IMG/VR virus record: IMGVR_UViG_3300012920_000109
Coordinates: 1 to 36,954 of that record
Reading direction: 5' to 3' (one strand)
DNA from: a virus
Lineage: Duplodnaviria; Caudoviricetes
DNA: 36,954 nucleotides
Part shown: positions 7,749 to 17,348 of the stretch, one piece after another
Layout of the letters: each line of letters begins with the position of its first letter
Position numbering within the stretch: the first letter of the stretch is position 1
Translations under genes and position numbers: made by a program
The notes under the pieces: generated by a model
The model's database searches: none
What the model saw: only the letters and a program-made list of their open reading frames with translations
Told to the model about the DNA's origin: nothing

Positions 7749-10067
7749 ATGTTAGAAGAATCAAGTTTTGAAATTAAGCACACTTCTTCAGATGTTAGAT
7801 CAGCAAAGAGGAAACAAAAGATTGATAAACTTACTCAGAAGGGTTCTACTGAAGGAGAGAGAAAGGCTGCTTCTAGAAAGGCAGGAGTATCTTTACCAAG
7901 AATAAGTTCAGAAGAATTAAATCTTGTGAATCAAATTCTTGCTGAAGTAAAAACTGATGGGAAAGTACACAATTGTAAGAAAGGACACTACTGGTGTTAT
8001 GAAGATAAAAAATGTAAAAAAGTTCCTAATGGATGGCATGTTGGACGTGGTGGATATCTAGCAAGAGATCAAGAGGATTCCGAGGATACTGAATCAAAAA
8101 ATGGTAATGGTAATGGAAACGGTGGATCTAATGGTGGTAATGGAAACGGTGGATCTAATGGTGGAGGAGATGCCGGCGGTGGCGGTGGTGTAGGAGAGTC
8201 TGTAGATATTCTTGATGCAAATGGTAAAAAGTTTGCTGAGATTATTGACTTAATTACCGTAGATGATTTAATTCCAGTAATTTCAGAAAAACGTGATGGA
8301 AAATCTGCAAAAGATTCTGATTACTCTTTAAAGGATTGGTTTAAAGGTGGTGGTTGGGTTCAGACTGGTGGTAAATACGACGGTAAACCATGTGCTAAGC
8401 AACCAGGACAAACCACCAAACCCTACTGTAGGGACGCTGACGACCGCGCAGCGATGACTAAGGATGAACGCAAGAAACGTGCCGCTAAGAAGCGTAGAGA
8501 AGATCCTGATGCAGATAGGAAGGGTAAGGCAAAGATTGTCACTCAGGAATCATCCAATGAAAAAGATCATGAGTTTGAAATGGCACGTCGTCAACTTGCA
8601 ACGATGAAAAATTCTGCTAAGAAACTTGAAAAGAAAATGGGTAAAAAAGGTGAGGGAGATCTTAAAGCCTGGGTTCAATCTAAAATTACGAAAGCAGCAG
8701 ATTATATTGATACTGCAGCAGATTATGTTACAAATGAAGAATTGCAATTAATGACTGAAGAACAGTTTGATGAAGCAGCAGGAGAAAAAGATGCTTGTTA
8801 CCATAAGGTAAAAGCACGTTACTCCGTATGGCCTTCTGCATATGCATCTGGTGCTTTAGTTAAGTGCCGTAAAAAAGGTGCAAAGAACTGGGGTAATAAA
8901 ACTAAGAAAGAAGAGTATTCTGATTGGAGATCTGAACTCAGCGAAAAGTGCTGGCCTGGTTATGAGAAGAAAGGAATGAAGACCATGTTTGGAAAGAGAT
9001 ATCCAAACTGTGTTAAAAAGACAAAAACTAGAAAAGAAGAATTGGAATTGTGTCCAGTCTGTGGACAAGATCCATGTCAATGTCTTGAAGGTAATGTCAC
9101 TGAAGCAATGAGACTCAACACCAGAACGGGTAATGTTTTGATGGTAGTCAGTTATTGGAGAGGTAAGAGTTATACAAGTAAGGTATTCTTCCCTCAAGTA
9201 AAACTTCCTTCAAAGATGGAAGTTACTGATGAGATGCAAAAGATCTATCCTGGTTGCAAAGTAATGTACTTCAGGGCATCTGATGTAAAACCTGGTGAGG
9301 CTTTACTTACTGTTCTCAATAAAGAAGAGTATGAAATTACTGAAGATAAAAGAGAAGAAAATGCAAGAAGATCTGAATTAGCAAAAAAGCATGGAATTGA
9401 CATGACCAAGCCTGGATCACGGGCAAAGTTATCTCGTCTGATGAATGCTGATACAAGATCAAAAAATAGAAAGGCAAAGGGAGATGACAGGACTGATAAA
9501 GAAGTAAGGAAAGATCGTGTTGAAGATAGAAAAGCATTTGATCGTGAAAGAAAATCTCTGGAGTATGAAAAGAAATCAAAATCAGAGATTAAGAAGTCTC
9601 TGAAGAAATTCAGAGACGAAGTTAGAAGTGGAAATGATCCTGCTAAGGCACCACCAACTCGTGAAAAAGTTAAAATGAAAGTTGGTCAAAAAGTAGACAA
9701 ACCTGCTGAAAAACCAAAGACTGGTAGAAATAAACCTACTTCTGCAAAACGTGCTGAAAGAAAGTCCTATGAAGCACAACAACGTAGAAATGCTAAGGAG
9801 CAGCAAAACGAAGATTGGCAGAAAGTCAATAAAAAGGATAAGACTGATGGTATGAGTCGTGATGCAGTCAAAGCATATCGTCGTGAAAATCCTGGTTCTA
9901 AATTAAAAACTGCTGTAACTGGAAAAGTAAAAAAGGGAAGTAAGGATTCTAAGCGTAGAAAGTCTTTCTGTGCTAGATCTAAAGGGCAACAAGATATGCA
10001 CAATATTGATTGTAAGAAAACCCCTAATAAACCCGTTTGTAAGGCCCGTCGTCGTTGGAAATGTTAA
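7749..10067 (+). CDS. 772-aa basic, modular protein (candidate head-internal polyprotein)
   Basis: Long clean ORF in which K/R-rich, often Cys-paired modules alternate with short acidic linkers ending in (I/L/V/F)xE. Function is inference. Confidence 0.75.
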   Translation: MLEESSFEIKHTSSDVRSAKRKQKIDKLTQKGSTEGERKAASRKAGVSLPRISSEELNLVNQILAEVKTDGKVHNCKKGHYWCYEDKKCKKVPNGWHVGRGGYLARDQEDSEDTESKNGNGNGNGGSNGGNGNGGSNGGGDAGGGGGVGESVDILDANGKKFAEIIDLITVDDLIPVISEKRDGKSAKDSDYSLKDWFKGGGWVQTGGKYDGKPCAKQPGQTTKPYCRDADDRAAMTKDERKKRAAKKRREDPDADRKGKAKIVTQESSNEKDHEFEMARRQLATMKNSAKKLEKKMGKKGEGDLKAWVQSKITKAADYIDTAADYVTNEELQLMTEEQFDEAAGEKDACYHKVKARYSVWPSAYASGALVKCRKKGAKNWGNKTKKEEYSDWRSELSEKCWPGYEKKGMKTMFGKRYPNCVKKTKTRKEELELCPVCGQDPCQCLEGNVTEAMRLNTRTGNVLMVVSYWRGKSYTSKVFFPQVKLPSKMEVTDEMQKIYPGCKVMYFRASDVKPGEALLTVLNKEEYEITEDKREENARRSELAKKHGIDMTKPGSRAKLSRLMNADTRSKNRKAKGDDRTDKEVRKDRVEDRKAFDRERKSLEYEKKSKSEIKKSLKKFRDEVRSGNDPAKAPPTREKVKMKVGQKVDKPAEKPKTGRNKPTSAKRAERKSYEAQQRRNAKEQQNEDWQKVNKKDKTDGMSRDAVKAYRRENPGSKLKTAVTGKVKKGSKDSKRRKSFCARSKGQQDMHNIDCKKTPNKPVCKARRRWKC
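8109..8162 (+). repeat. Perfect 27-bp tandem duplication (GNGNGGSNG x2)
   Basis: ggtaatggaaacggtggatctaatggt at 8109-8135 and 8136-8162. Confidence 0.95.
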
Positions 10068-10070
10068 TTT

Positions 10071-11717
10071 ATGAGTGAAGAATATTATCTCGGTAATCCG
10101 CTTCTAAAAAAAGCGAATACCAAAATTGAGTTTACACAAGAACAAATTTTAGAGTTTGCAAAGTGTGCTGAAGATCCAGTATACTTTACCAAGTACATTA
10201 AGATTGTAACTCTTGATCACGGATTACAACCGTTCAATATGTATCCTTTCCAACAGGAAATGATCGAGAGTTTTCATGAAAGTAGATTTAATATTTGTAA
10301 GTTACCTAGACAGTCTGGTAAATCAACTACTGTAGTATCATACTTACTACATTACGCCATATTTAATGATAATGTTAATATTGCTATTCTAGCAAACAAA
10401 GCTAATACTGCAAGAGATCTTTTAAGTAGATTACAAACTGGGTATGAAAATTTACCCAAATGGTTACAACAAGGTATTTTATCTTGGAATAAAGGATCGT
10501 TAGAATTAGAAAATGGATCTAAGATATTTGCGGCATCTACATCCGCATCATCTGTTCGTGGTGGCACATATAATATTATTTTTTTAGACGAATTTGCATT
10601 CGTTCCAAGTCAAGTTGCAGATAACTTTTTTAGTTCAGTTTATCCCACAATTACTTCAGGTAAATCTTCAAAAGTTATTATAGTTTCAACTCCATTTGGA
10701 ATGAATCACTTCTATAGATTATGGAGTGATGCTCAATCAAAAAAGAATGAATATGTTCCATTAGAAGTTCATTGGACAGATATTCCTGGTAGGGATGAAG
10801 AATTTAAAAAAACAACTATATCAAACACTTCAGAAGCACAATGGAGACAAGAGTTTGAATGTCAATTTCTAGGTTCTGCTGATACTCTTATTTCAGGACC
10901 TAAATTAAATTCTTTGACTTTTAATAATCCCAAAACTTCTAATGCTGGATTTGATTTATATGAAGAACCTCAAAAAGATCACACTTACGTAATTACTGTA
11001 GACGTTGCTAGAGGAATTGAAAAAGACTACTCTGCATTTATTGTAATTGATGTCTCTCAATACCCACATAAGGTAGTTGGTAAGTATAGAAACAATCAAC
11101 TAAGACCAATATTTTTCCCTCAGATAATTAAAGAGATTGCAACATCATATAATAATGCATATATTTTATGTGAGGTAAATGACATTGGAGATCAAGTTGC
11201 TGCAGGATTATTTTATGATCTAGAGTATTCTAATCTATTGATGTGTGCAATGAGAGGTAGAGCAGGACAAGTCTTAGGTCAAGGATTTTCTGGAAAGAAA
11301 GTTCAACTAGGATTGAAGATGTCCAAGACTACTAAAAAAATTGGATGCTTCAATCTTAAAACATTAATTGAAGATACTAAATTAATATTTGAAGACTTTG
11401 ATATTGTAAGTGAGTTAACGACCTTTATACAAAAGGGAAACTCTTTTGAAGCAGAGGAGGGAAAAAATGATGACTTAGTTATGTGTCTTGTAATATATGC
11501 TTGGTTAATTAATGAGGATTATTTTAAAGAACTCACAGATCAAGATATAAGAAAAAGATTATATGATGAACAGAAAAATCAAGTAGAGCAAGATATGTCT
11601 CCATTTGGTTTTATTGTTGATGGAGTAAATGATCATAACACTTTTATAGATGCTGATGGAGATAGATGGCACACAGATGAGTATGGAGATATGTCACATA
11701 TGTGGGAGTATATGTAA
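10071..11717 (+). CDS. g17: Terminase large subunit gp17
   Basis: YLGNPLLKKA N-terminus, Walker A PRQSGKSTT, Walker B IIFLDEFAF, nuclease VDVARG..DYSA and NDDLVM. Confidence 0.98.
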   Translation: MSEEYYLGNPLLKKANTKIEFTQEQILEFAKCAEDPVYFTKYIKIVTLDHGLQPFNMYPFQQEMIESFHESRFNICKLPRQSGKSTTVVSYLLHYAIFNDNVNIAILANKANTARDLLSRLQTGYENLPKWLQQGILSWNKGSLELENGSKIFAASTSASSVRGGTYNIIFLDEFAFVPSQVADNFFSSVYPTITSGKSSKVIIVSTPFGMNHFYRLWSDAQSKKNEYVPLEVHWTDIPGRDEEFKKTTISNTSEAQWRQEFECQFLGSADTLISGPKLNSLTFNNPKTSNAGFDLYEEPQKDHTYVITVDVARGIEKDYSAFIVIDVSQYPHKVVGKYRNNQLRPIFFPQIIKEIATSYNNAYILCEVNDIGDQVAAGLFYDLEYSNLLMCAMRGRAGQVLGQGFSGKKVQLGLKMSKTTKKIGCFNLKTLIEDTKLIFEDFDIVSELTTFIQKGNSFEAEEGKNDDLVMCLVIYAWLINEDYFKELTDQDIRKRLYDEQKNQVEQDMSPFGFIVDGVNDHNTFIDADGDRWHTDEYGDMSHMWEYM

Positions 11718-11974
11718 TGGAAGTAGATGATCATTTTGAGTTAGAACATTTATACCTAACAGATAGAAAATGTAGATCTTGTGGAGAAATAAAGGATCTA
11801 ATCAGTGGATTTTATCGTATAAGAAAAAATAAATATAACTCATCATCATATGCTTATGAGTGTAAACAGTGTACTGTAAAAAGAGTTATTAATAATAGAA
11901 GAGAAAAAAAAGATAAACAAAATATTCCATATGATTCAGTATCTAGAATTAAAGACGTTTATCCCGATTGGTAG
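11717..11974 (+). CDS. Small C4 zinc-finger protein
   Basis: TAATG-coupled ATG at 11717 with GGAG RBS; RKCRSCGEIK...FY...YECKQC. Confidence 0.75.
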   Translation: MEVDDHFELEHLYLTDRKCRSCGEIKDLISGFYRIRKNKYNSSSYAYECKQCTVKRVINNRREKKDKQNIPYDSVSRIKDVYPDW

Positions 11975-12013
11975 TGTTCATGCATCGTTTTATCACTTGA
12001 AAATACTTCAATT

Positions 12014-12021
12014 TATAAATA
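12014..12021 (+). promoter_or_regulatory. Late promoter (TATAAATA) for g18
   Basis: Exact T4 late consensus upstream of the g18 RBS. Confidence 0.85.
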
Positions 12022-12055
12022 TTTTCAGATAAACTGAGACAAAACGGAGAAAAAC

Positions 12056-14491
12056 ATGGCTACCCCTCAATTATCTCCAGGCGTTATCGTCAGGGAAGTT
12101 GATTTAACTGTTGGAAGAACTGATAATGTCCTTGATAACATTGGAGCTATTGCTGGTCCTTTTTCTATTGGACCTGTTGGAGAAGTAATTCAAGTTAGTA
12201 CAGAGTCTGAATTACTCCAGACTTTTGGCAAACCAATTTCTACTGATGGGCAGCAAGGATACTGGCTATCTGCATCCACATTCTTAAGTTATGGTGGTGT
12301 TTTAAAGGTTGTAAGAGTTGATGATCCAGACCTGATCAATGCAAACGTAGTTGTTGGATCTGCAAATACTACCAATCTCAAGATTAAAAATTACGAACAG
12401 TACGAGAGCACTACTGGTACACCAGGATATGTTTTTGCAGCACAAACTCCAGGTGACTGGGGAAACACTCTAAAGGTTGCTGTTATTGACGACAAGGCAG
12501 ACCAAACACTCGGACTAGCTACTAATGATCCAGGTGCTTTAGGGGCAGATTTAGAAAATGGAGTTATTCAAGCAGTTTCTGGATTAACAATTCCTAATGC
12601 TACTGGAGGAACAAATTCATTTACTGGACATATAAAAGGTATTATTACTGGAGTAACTACAGATACATCTAGTAGTGATTCAATTCTCGATGTAAAAGTA
12701 GTTTCCAGAGTTGTTGGATTAACCGAAAGTTACTTAGCAGAAACTACAGCAACACTTTCTTCCACCTACGGTGCAACTTCTGGTGATACAATCTTGTATC
12801 TAGATAGCATTCCTACAACACTAAGTACATCTCTGAATAAAATTACAATTGCAGCATCTGGTGATACGGATTTAGCAATTGCTTCTATTGGTTCTACTAG
12901 CATAACCTTATCCTCTGGAGTTAGTGATACTGTTCCCGCAGGATCAACACTTACCATTACTAGAAAGTCATACACTGGAGGTACAGAAACCAAAGTAGAA
13001 TATTCAGAAAATGATACCGCAAGATCATTTACTGATGGCGGAGCTATCGAGTTCTTAAATGCTTCTGGATCTGTTCAAAGTGCAGCAACAATTACTAATG
13101 CTGATGATTGGTATTCCAGACAAAAGATTAGTCTTTCTACTGGAGATCTTCTCTGGACTTCAATTGCACCAAAACCAGTTTCAACCGACTTTGCAAATCA
13201 AAGAGGATCAAGAGGTGATGCACTGCATGTTGCAGTATTTGATGATCTAGGAACTATTAGTGGAATCAAGGCAAATCTTCTTGAGAAGCATTTGTTCATG
13301 TCCAAAGCAACTGATACTTCTTCAACACAAAATGCTCCATTGAAACTATGGTGGAGAGATTACCTTGCAAAGTATTCTCAGTACGTTTATGGTGGAGAAG
13401 ATTTCTCTCTAACTGAAGATGTCCATAGAAATGTAAGACCTGTCGGTATTGATTTTGAAGCAAACGCATTTGGTGTTAAGAAGAGTGGTTGGAACCAACC
13501 CGTTCAAGATTTATCCTTTAAGTGTGTTGGATCCGTCTCATATGACTTAGGCGGTGGAAATAACTATAGTGTTGCAAATGGATTTAATGTTGATGTTAGT
13601 AGCATCATTAATGGATACTCACTATTTTCCAATCCAGATGATGAAGATGTTGATTACCTAATCATGGGACCATCTGAGGGTAGTAAAATAGATACTCAGG
13701 TCAAGGCAAATTATCTTATTAGTTTAGCAGAAGCAAGAAAAGATTGTATGGCGGTAGTTTCACCCGATACTACTGATGTTGTTAATATTTCAAATTCGGA
13801 AACTCAAACCGAAAATGTATTGGGATTCTTCTCCGCTTTAGCATCCTCAACTTATGCTGTATTTGATAGTGGATATAAGTATACATATGATAGATTTACT
13901 TCAAACTTCTATTACTTACCCACTAATGCGGACATTGCTGGATTGATGGTTAGAACTTCGATTAATTCATATCCTTGGTTCTCACCCGCTGGAACTCAAA
14001 GAGGTGCTATTAATAATGCAGTTAAACTTGCATATAATCCCACCAAAGCACAAAGAGATAGACTCTATTCTAATAGAATTAATCCTGTTATAACTCAAAG
14101 TGGTTCTGGAACAGTTCTATTTGGTGATAAAACTGCATCTGCTTATGCATCTGCATTTGATAGAATTAACGTTAGAAGATTGTTCCTAACAATTGAACAA
14201 GCAGTTCAAGCTGCTGCCAAAGATCAACTCTTCGAATTGAATGATGAACTCACAAGAGCAAACTTCGTTAACATCATTGATCCTTACATGAGAGATATTC
14301 AAGCGAAGAGAGGAGTTTTTGATTATCTAGTTGTTTGCGATGCTACAAATAATACTCCTGACATTGTTGATAATAATGAGTTTAGAGCAGACATTTATGT
14401 CAAACCAACCAAGTCTATTAATTATATTACACTAACATTTGTTGCCACTCGCACTGGAGTTTCCTTCAGTGAAGTTGTAGGTAGAGCCTGA
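12056..14491 (+). CDS. g18: Tail sheath protein gp18
   Basis: LSPGVIVREVDLT N-terminus; PWFSPAG.QRG, FGDKT, FDRINVRRLF, IYVKPTKSINYITLTF. Confidence 0.98.
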   Translation: MATPQLSPGVIVREVDLTVGRTDNVLDNIGAIAGPFSIGPVGEVIQVSTESELLQTFGKPISTDGQQGYWLSASTFLSYGGVLKVVRVDDPDLINANVVVGSANTTNLKIKNYEQYESTTGTPGYVFAAQTPGDWGNTLKVAVIDDKADQTLGLATNDPGALGADLENGVIQAVSGLTIPNATGGTNSFTGHIKGIITGVTTDTSSSDSILDVKVVSRVVGLTESYLAETTATLSSTYGATSGDTILYLDSIPTTLSTSLNKITIAASGDTDLAIASIGSTSITLSSGVSDTVPAGSTLTITRKSYTGGTETKVEYSENDTARSFTDGGAIEFLNASGSVQSAATITNADDWYSRQKISLSTGDLLWTSIAPKPVSTDFANQRGSRGDALHVAVFDDLGTISGIKANLLEKHLFMSKATDTSSTQNAPLKLWWRDYLAKYSQYVYGGEDFSLTEDVHRNVRPVGIDFEANAFGVKKSGWNQPVQDLSFKCVGSVSYDLGGGNNYSVANGFNVDVSSIINGYSLFSNPDDEDVDYLIMGPSEGSKIDTQVKANYLISLAEARKDCMAVVSPDTTDVVNISNSETQTENVLGFFSALASSTYAVFDSGYKYTYDRFTSNFYYLPTNADIAGLMVRTSINSYPWFSPAGTQRGAINNAVKLAYNPTKAQRDRLYSNRINPVITQSGSGTVLFGDKTASAYASAFDRINVRRLFLTIEQAVQAAAKDQLFELNDELTRANFVNIIDPYMRDIQAKRGVFDYLVVCDATNNTPDIVDNNEFRADIYVKPTKSINYITLTFVATRTGVSFSEVVGRA

Positions 14492-14526
14492 TTCATTATT
14501 ACTAACAAAAACGGAGGAAATTAAAA

Positions 14527-15165
14527 ATGGCAATCCATAGAACGATCTCAGATTTTAAGTCTGCACTCCAAGGTGGAGGTGCAAGACCCAATTTATTTGA
14601 AGTAGCAATTCCAAACTTACCAGTAGCAGCTCAAACTACTTGGGATACAACATCTCAAACTAACTTCAATTTCTTATGCAAAGCGGCTGCTTTACCAGCA
14701 TCCAATATTGCTCCAATTGAAGTTCCATTTAGAGGTAGAACTTTGAAAGTTGCTGGAGACAGAACTTTCGATACTTGGACTGTTACAATCATTAATGATG
14801 AAGACTTTGCTATTAGAACTGCAATGGAGCAATGGATGAACGGAATTAGTAAACTAGATAATGCTTCTGGTGCAACTAATCCTACTTCCTATATGTCCGA
14901 TGCATTTGTTTATCAACTGGGCAAAGGCGCTGGTAAAGGAAGATTCTCTACAACAAATAATAATGTAGAGGGAACTGAAAATGGTGTAAGACCACTAAGA
15001 ACTTATCAGTTCTTTGACATCTTCCCAACTAACGTTGCTCAGATTGATTTATCCTATGATACCCCTGATGCAATTGAAGAGTACACTGTAGAATTCCAGG
15101 TTCAATACTGGCAAGCAGGAGCAGACAATGATGCTCAAGATCAAACTCAAAGTATTATTCGATAA
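14527..15165 (+). CDS. g19: Tail tube protein gp19
   Basis: GGGARPNLFEV, VPFRGRTLKVAGDRTFDTWTVT, IEEYTVEFQVQYW. Confidence 0.97.
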   Translation: MAIHRTISDFKSALQGGGARPNLFEVAIPNLPVAAQTTWDTTSQTNFNFLCKAAALPASNIAPIEVPFRGRTLKVAGDRTFDTWTVTIINDEDFAIRTAMEQWMNGISKLDNASGATNPTSYMSDAFVYQLGKGAGKGRFSTTNNNVEGTENGVRPLRTYQFFDIFPTNVAQIDLSYDTPDAIEEYTVEFQVQYWQAGADNDAQDQTQSIIR

Positions 15166-15171
15166 TAAATA
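15165..15171 (+). promoter_or_regulatory. Putative late promoter (ATAAATA) for g20
   Basis: Located at the g19/g20 junction. Confidence 0.7.
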
Positions 15172-15198
15172 GTATTACTAAAATAGGTCAATTTATTC

Positions 15199-16842
15199 AT
15201 GGCAAGATTATTTGGTTTTTCTATTGAGGATAATACTAAAAAATCTAAAGATGTGGTTTCCCCCGTTCCTCAAAATAATGAGGACGGGGTTGATCACTAT
15301 TTAACTAGTGGTTTTTTTGGTTCATATGTAGATATTGAAGGAGTATATAAAACAGAATTTGACTTAATTAAAAGATATAGAGAAATGTCACTTCACCCCG
15401 AAGTTGATAGTGCGATTGAAGATATTGTAAATGAAGCAATTGTTTCAGATAGCAATGATAGTCCTATAGAAATAGAATTATCAAATTTAAACGCTAGTGA
15501 TGGTATTAAAGAAAAAATTAGAGAAGAGTTTAGAAATATTTTAAGACTTCTTGATTTTGACAAGAAGTGTCATGAAATTTATAGAAATTGGTATATTGAT
15601 GGTAGATTATATTACCATAAAATGATTGATACAAAAAATCCTCAAGAGGGTATCAAGGAATTAAGATATATTGATCCTCTAAAGATGAGGTATGTTAGGC
15701 AAAAATCAAAAGATGATAAAAATAATATAACCGTTGCTAGAAATAATAATCAAGACGTAGTAACAGAATTTCCAGAAATTCAAGAGTATTTTTTATATAA
15801 TCCAAAATCATTTACAACTCCTTTAGGTGGGAATAGCACTAGTCCTGGAGGAGTAAAAATGTCCAGAGATTCTATTGCGTATTGTAACTCTGGACTTGTA
15901 GATAGAAATAAAAATATAGTATTATCTTACTTAAATAAAGCGATAAAGTCTCTCAACCAACTTCGTATGATTGAGGATAGTCTTGTAATCTATAGACTAT
16001 CAAGAGCACCAGAACGTAGAATTTTTTACATTGATGTTGGTAATCTGCCCAAGGTAAAGGCTGAACAATACCTACGTGATGTTATGATGCGTTATCGCAA
16101 TAAAACTGTTTATGATTCAAATACAGGAGAAATTAGAGATGACAAAAAATTTATGTCAATGCTCGAAGACTTCTGGCTCCCCAGACGTGAAGGTGGAAGG
16201 GGAACAGAAATCTCAACTCTCCCAGGAGGACAAAACCTGGGTGAAATCACTGATATTGAGTATTTTAAAAAGAAACTATACAGATCCCTTAATGTTCCAC
16301 CCTCAAGAATGGATGGAGAAGGTGGGTTTAACTTGGGGAGATCTTCTGAGATCTTAAGAGATGAACTGAAATTCACTAAGTTTGTAGGTCGTTTGAGAAA
16401 AAGATTTTCAAATTTATTTAATGATATTCTAAAAACACAATTAATATTAAAAAATATTATTACTGTTGAGGATTGGAAATTAATTTCAGAACAAATTCAA
16501 TATGACTTCTTATATGATAATCATTTCTCAGAACTTAAAGAAGCAGAACTTCTAACTGAAAGACTAAATCTTGCAGCAACTGCAGAAACTTATGTTGGTA
16601 AATATTATTCTCAGAACTATGTAAGATCTAAGATTCTTCGTCAAACTGATCAAGAAATTATTGAAGAAGATCAAAAGATTGCAAAAGAAATTGAAATGGG
16701 AATTATAACTGATCCCAATGCTCCTATCGATCCAGAAACTGGACAACCAATGGAACCATCTATTGCTAGTAATATTGATGGTGATTCTGGAAAAGTCCCC
16801 ACTGATATTGAAGATCAGGATGGAGATTCAACAGAAGTATAA
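15199..16842 (+). CDS. g20: Portal vertex protein gp20
   Basis: LFGFSI, YRLSRAPERRIFYIDVGNLPK.KAEQY, EDFWLPRREGGRGTEISTLPGGQNLG. Confidence 0.98.
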   Translation: MARLFGFSIEDNTKKSKDVVSPVPQNNEDGVDHYLTSGFFGSYVDIEGVYKTEFDLIKRYREMSLHPEVDSAIEDIVNEAIVSDSNDSPIEIELSNLNASDGIKEKIREEFRNILRLLDFDKKCHEIYRNWYIDGRLYYHKMIDTKNPQEGIKELRYIDPLKMRYVRQKSKDDKNNITVARNNNQDVVTEFPEIQEYFLYNPKSFTTPLGGNSTSPGGVKMSRDSIAYCNSGLVDRNKNIVLSYLNKAIKSLNQLRMIEDSLVIYRLSRAPERRIFYIDVGNLPKVKAEQYLRDVMMRYRNKTVYDSNTGEIRDDKKFMSMLEDFWLPRREGGRGTEISTLPGGQNLGEITDIEYFKKKLYRSLNVPPSRMDGEGGFNLGRSSEILRDELKFTKFVGRLRKRFSNLFNDILKTQLILKNIITVEDWKLISEQIQYDFLYDNHFSELKEAELLTERLNLAATAETYVGKYYSQNYVRSKILRQTDQEIIEEDQKIAKEIEMGIITDPNAPIDPETGQPMEPSIASNIDGDSGKVPTDIEDQDGDSTEV

Positions 16843-16845
16843 ATA
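16838..16845 (+). promoter_or_regulatory. Late promoter (TATAAATA)
   Basis: Exact consensus overlapping the g20 stop. Confidence 0.75.
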
Positions 16846-16866
16846 AAAGAAATTATTTTTATTTTC

Positions 16867-17034
16867 ATGGAAGAACTAATGGATTTGATTGCTTCAGAGG
16901 GATCTCCTTCTGAGATTAGTGACAAACTAAAGGATATGCTTTATACAAAAAGTGTAGAAAAAATCGAAGCAATTCGACCAGAAACCTATGATTCTGCATT
17001 TAAAGCACCAGAAGAAGAGGAAGAGGATAGTTAA
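16867..17034 (+). CDS. 55-aa acidic protein at the prohead-core (gp67-like) position; absent from ORF track
   Basis: MEELMDLIASEGSPSEISDKLKDMLYTKSVEKIEAIRPETYDSAFKAPEEEEEDS*, between g20 and g21 behind a late promoter. Confidence 0.75.
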   Translation: MEELMDLIASEGSPSEISDKLKDMLYTKSVEKIEAIRPETYDSAFKAPEEEEEDS

Positions 17035-17041
17035 GTAAAAT

Positions 17042-17049
17042 TATAAATA
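17042..17049 (+). promoter_or_regulatory. Late promoter (TATAAATA)
   Basis: Exact consensus upstream of ORF 17073 and g21. Confidence 0.8.
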
Positions 17050-17072
17050 ATTTATATTTTACTATATTCATA

Positions 17073-17342
17073 ATGGCTTATATTCGTCACGACGAAAATA
17101 ACAACCCTGTACCATCTCAACCTGGAAAAAATACTGTCAATCAGTTTTCAGGAACTGAAGGATGGAGTACAGTAACGTATGAAGATTTTAATGCTGATTA
17201 TGTAGCGCGTACTTATAACAGTCCTGCTGGAACTGGAACAAGAACTCCGTCTACTTATCAGAGACATGATAAGAATAATAATCCAGTGAGTGTTGGTACA
17301 TACCAAAGACATGATGAAAATAACAATCCAATAAGTGCATAA
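17073..17342 (+). CDS. Hypothetical protein with three Y(I/Q)RHD(E/K)NNNP repeats
   Basis: Repeats visible in the translation. Confidence 0.8.
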   Translation: MAYIRHDENNNPVPSQPGKNTVNQFSGTEGWSTVTYEDFNADYVARTYNSPAGTGTRTPSTYQRHDKNNNPVSVGTYQRHDENNNPISA

Positions 17343-17348
17343 AAACCC

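Noticed and set aside
7749-10071. Absence of g16 directly upstream of g17 as gene loss
   Set aside because: The g15-g18 interval of T4-like cyanophages commonly carries large insertions, so g16 probably lies upstream of the window.
12023-12039. Small hairpin tttcag-ataaa-ctgaga in the g18 leader
   Set aside because: Only 6 weak base pairs overlapping the expected start site; not distinguishable from chance.
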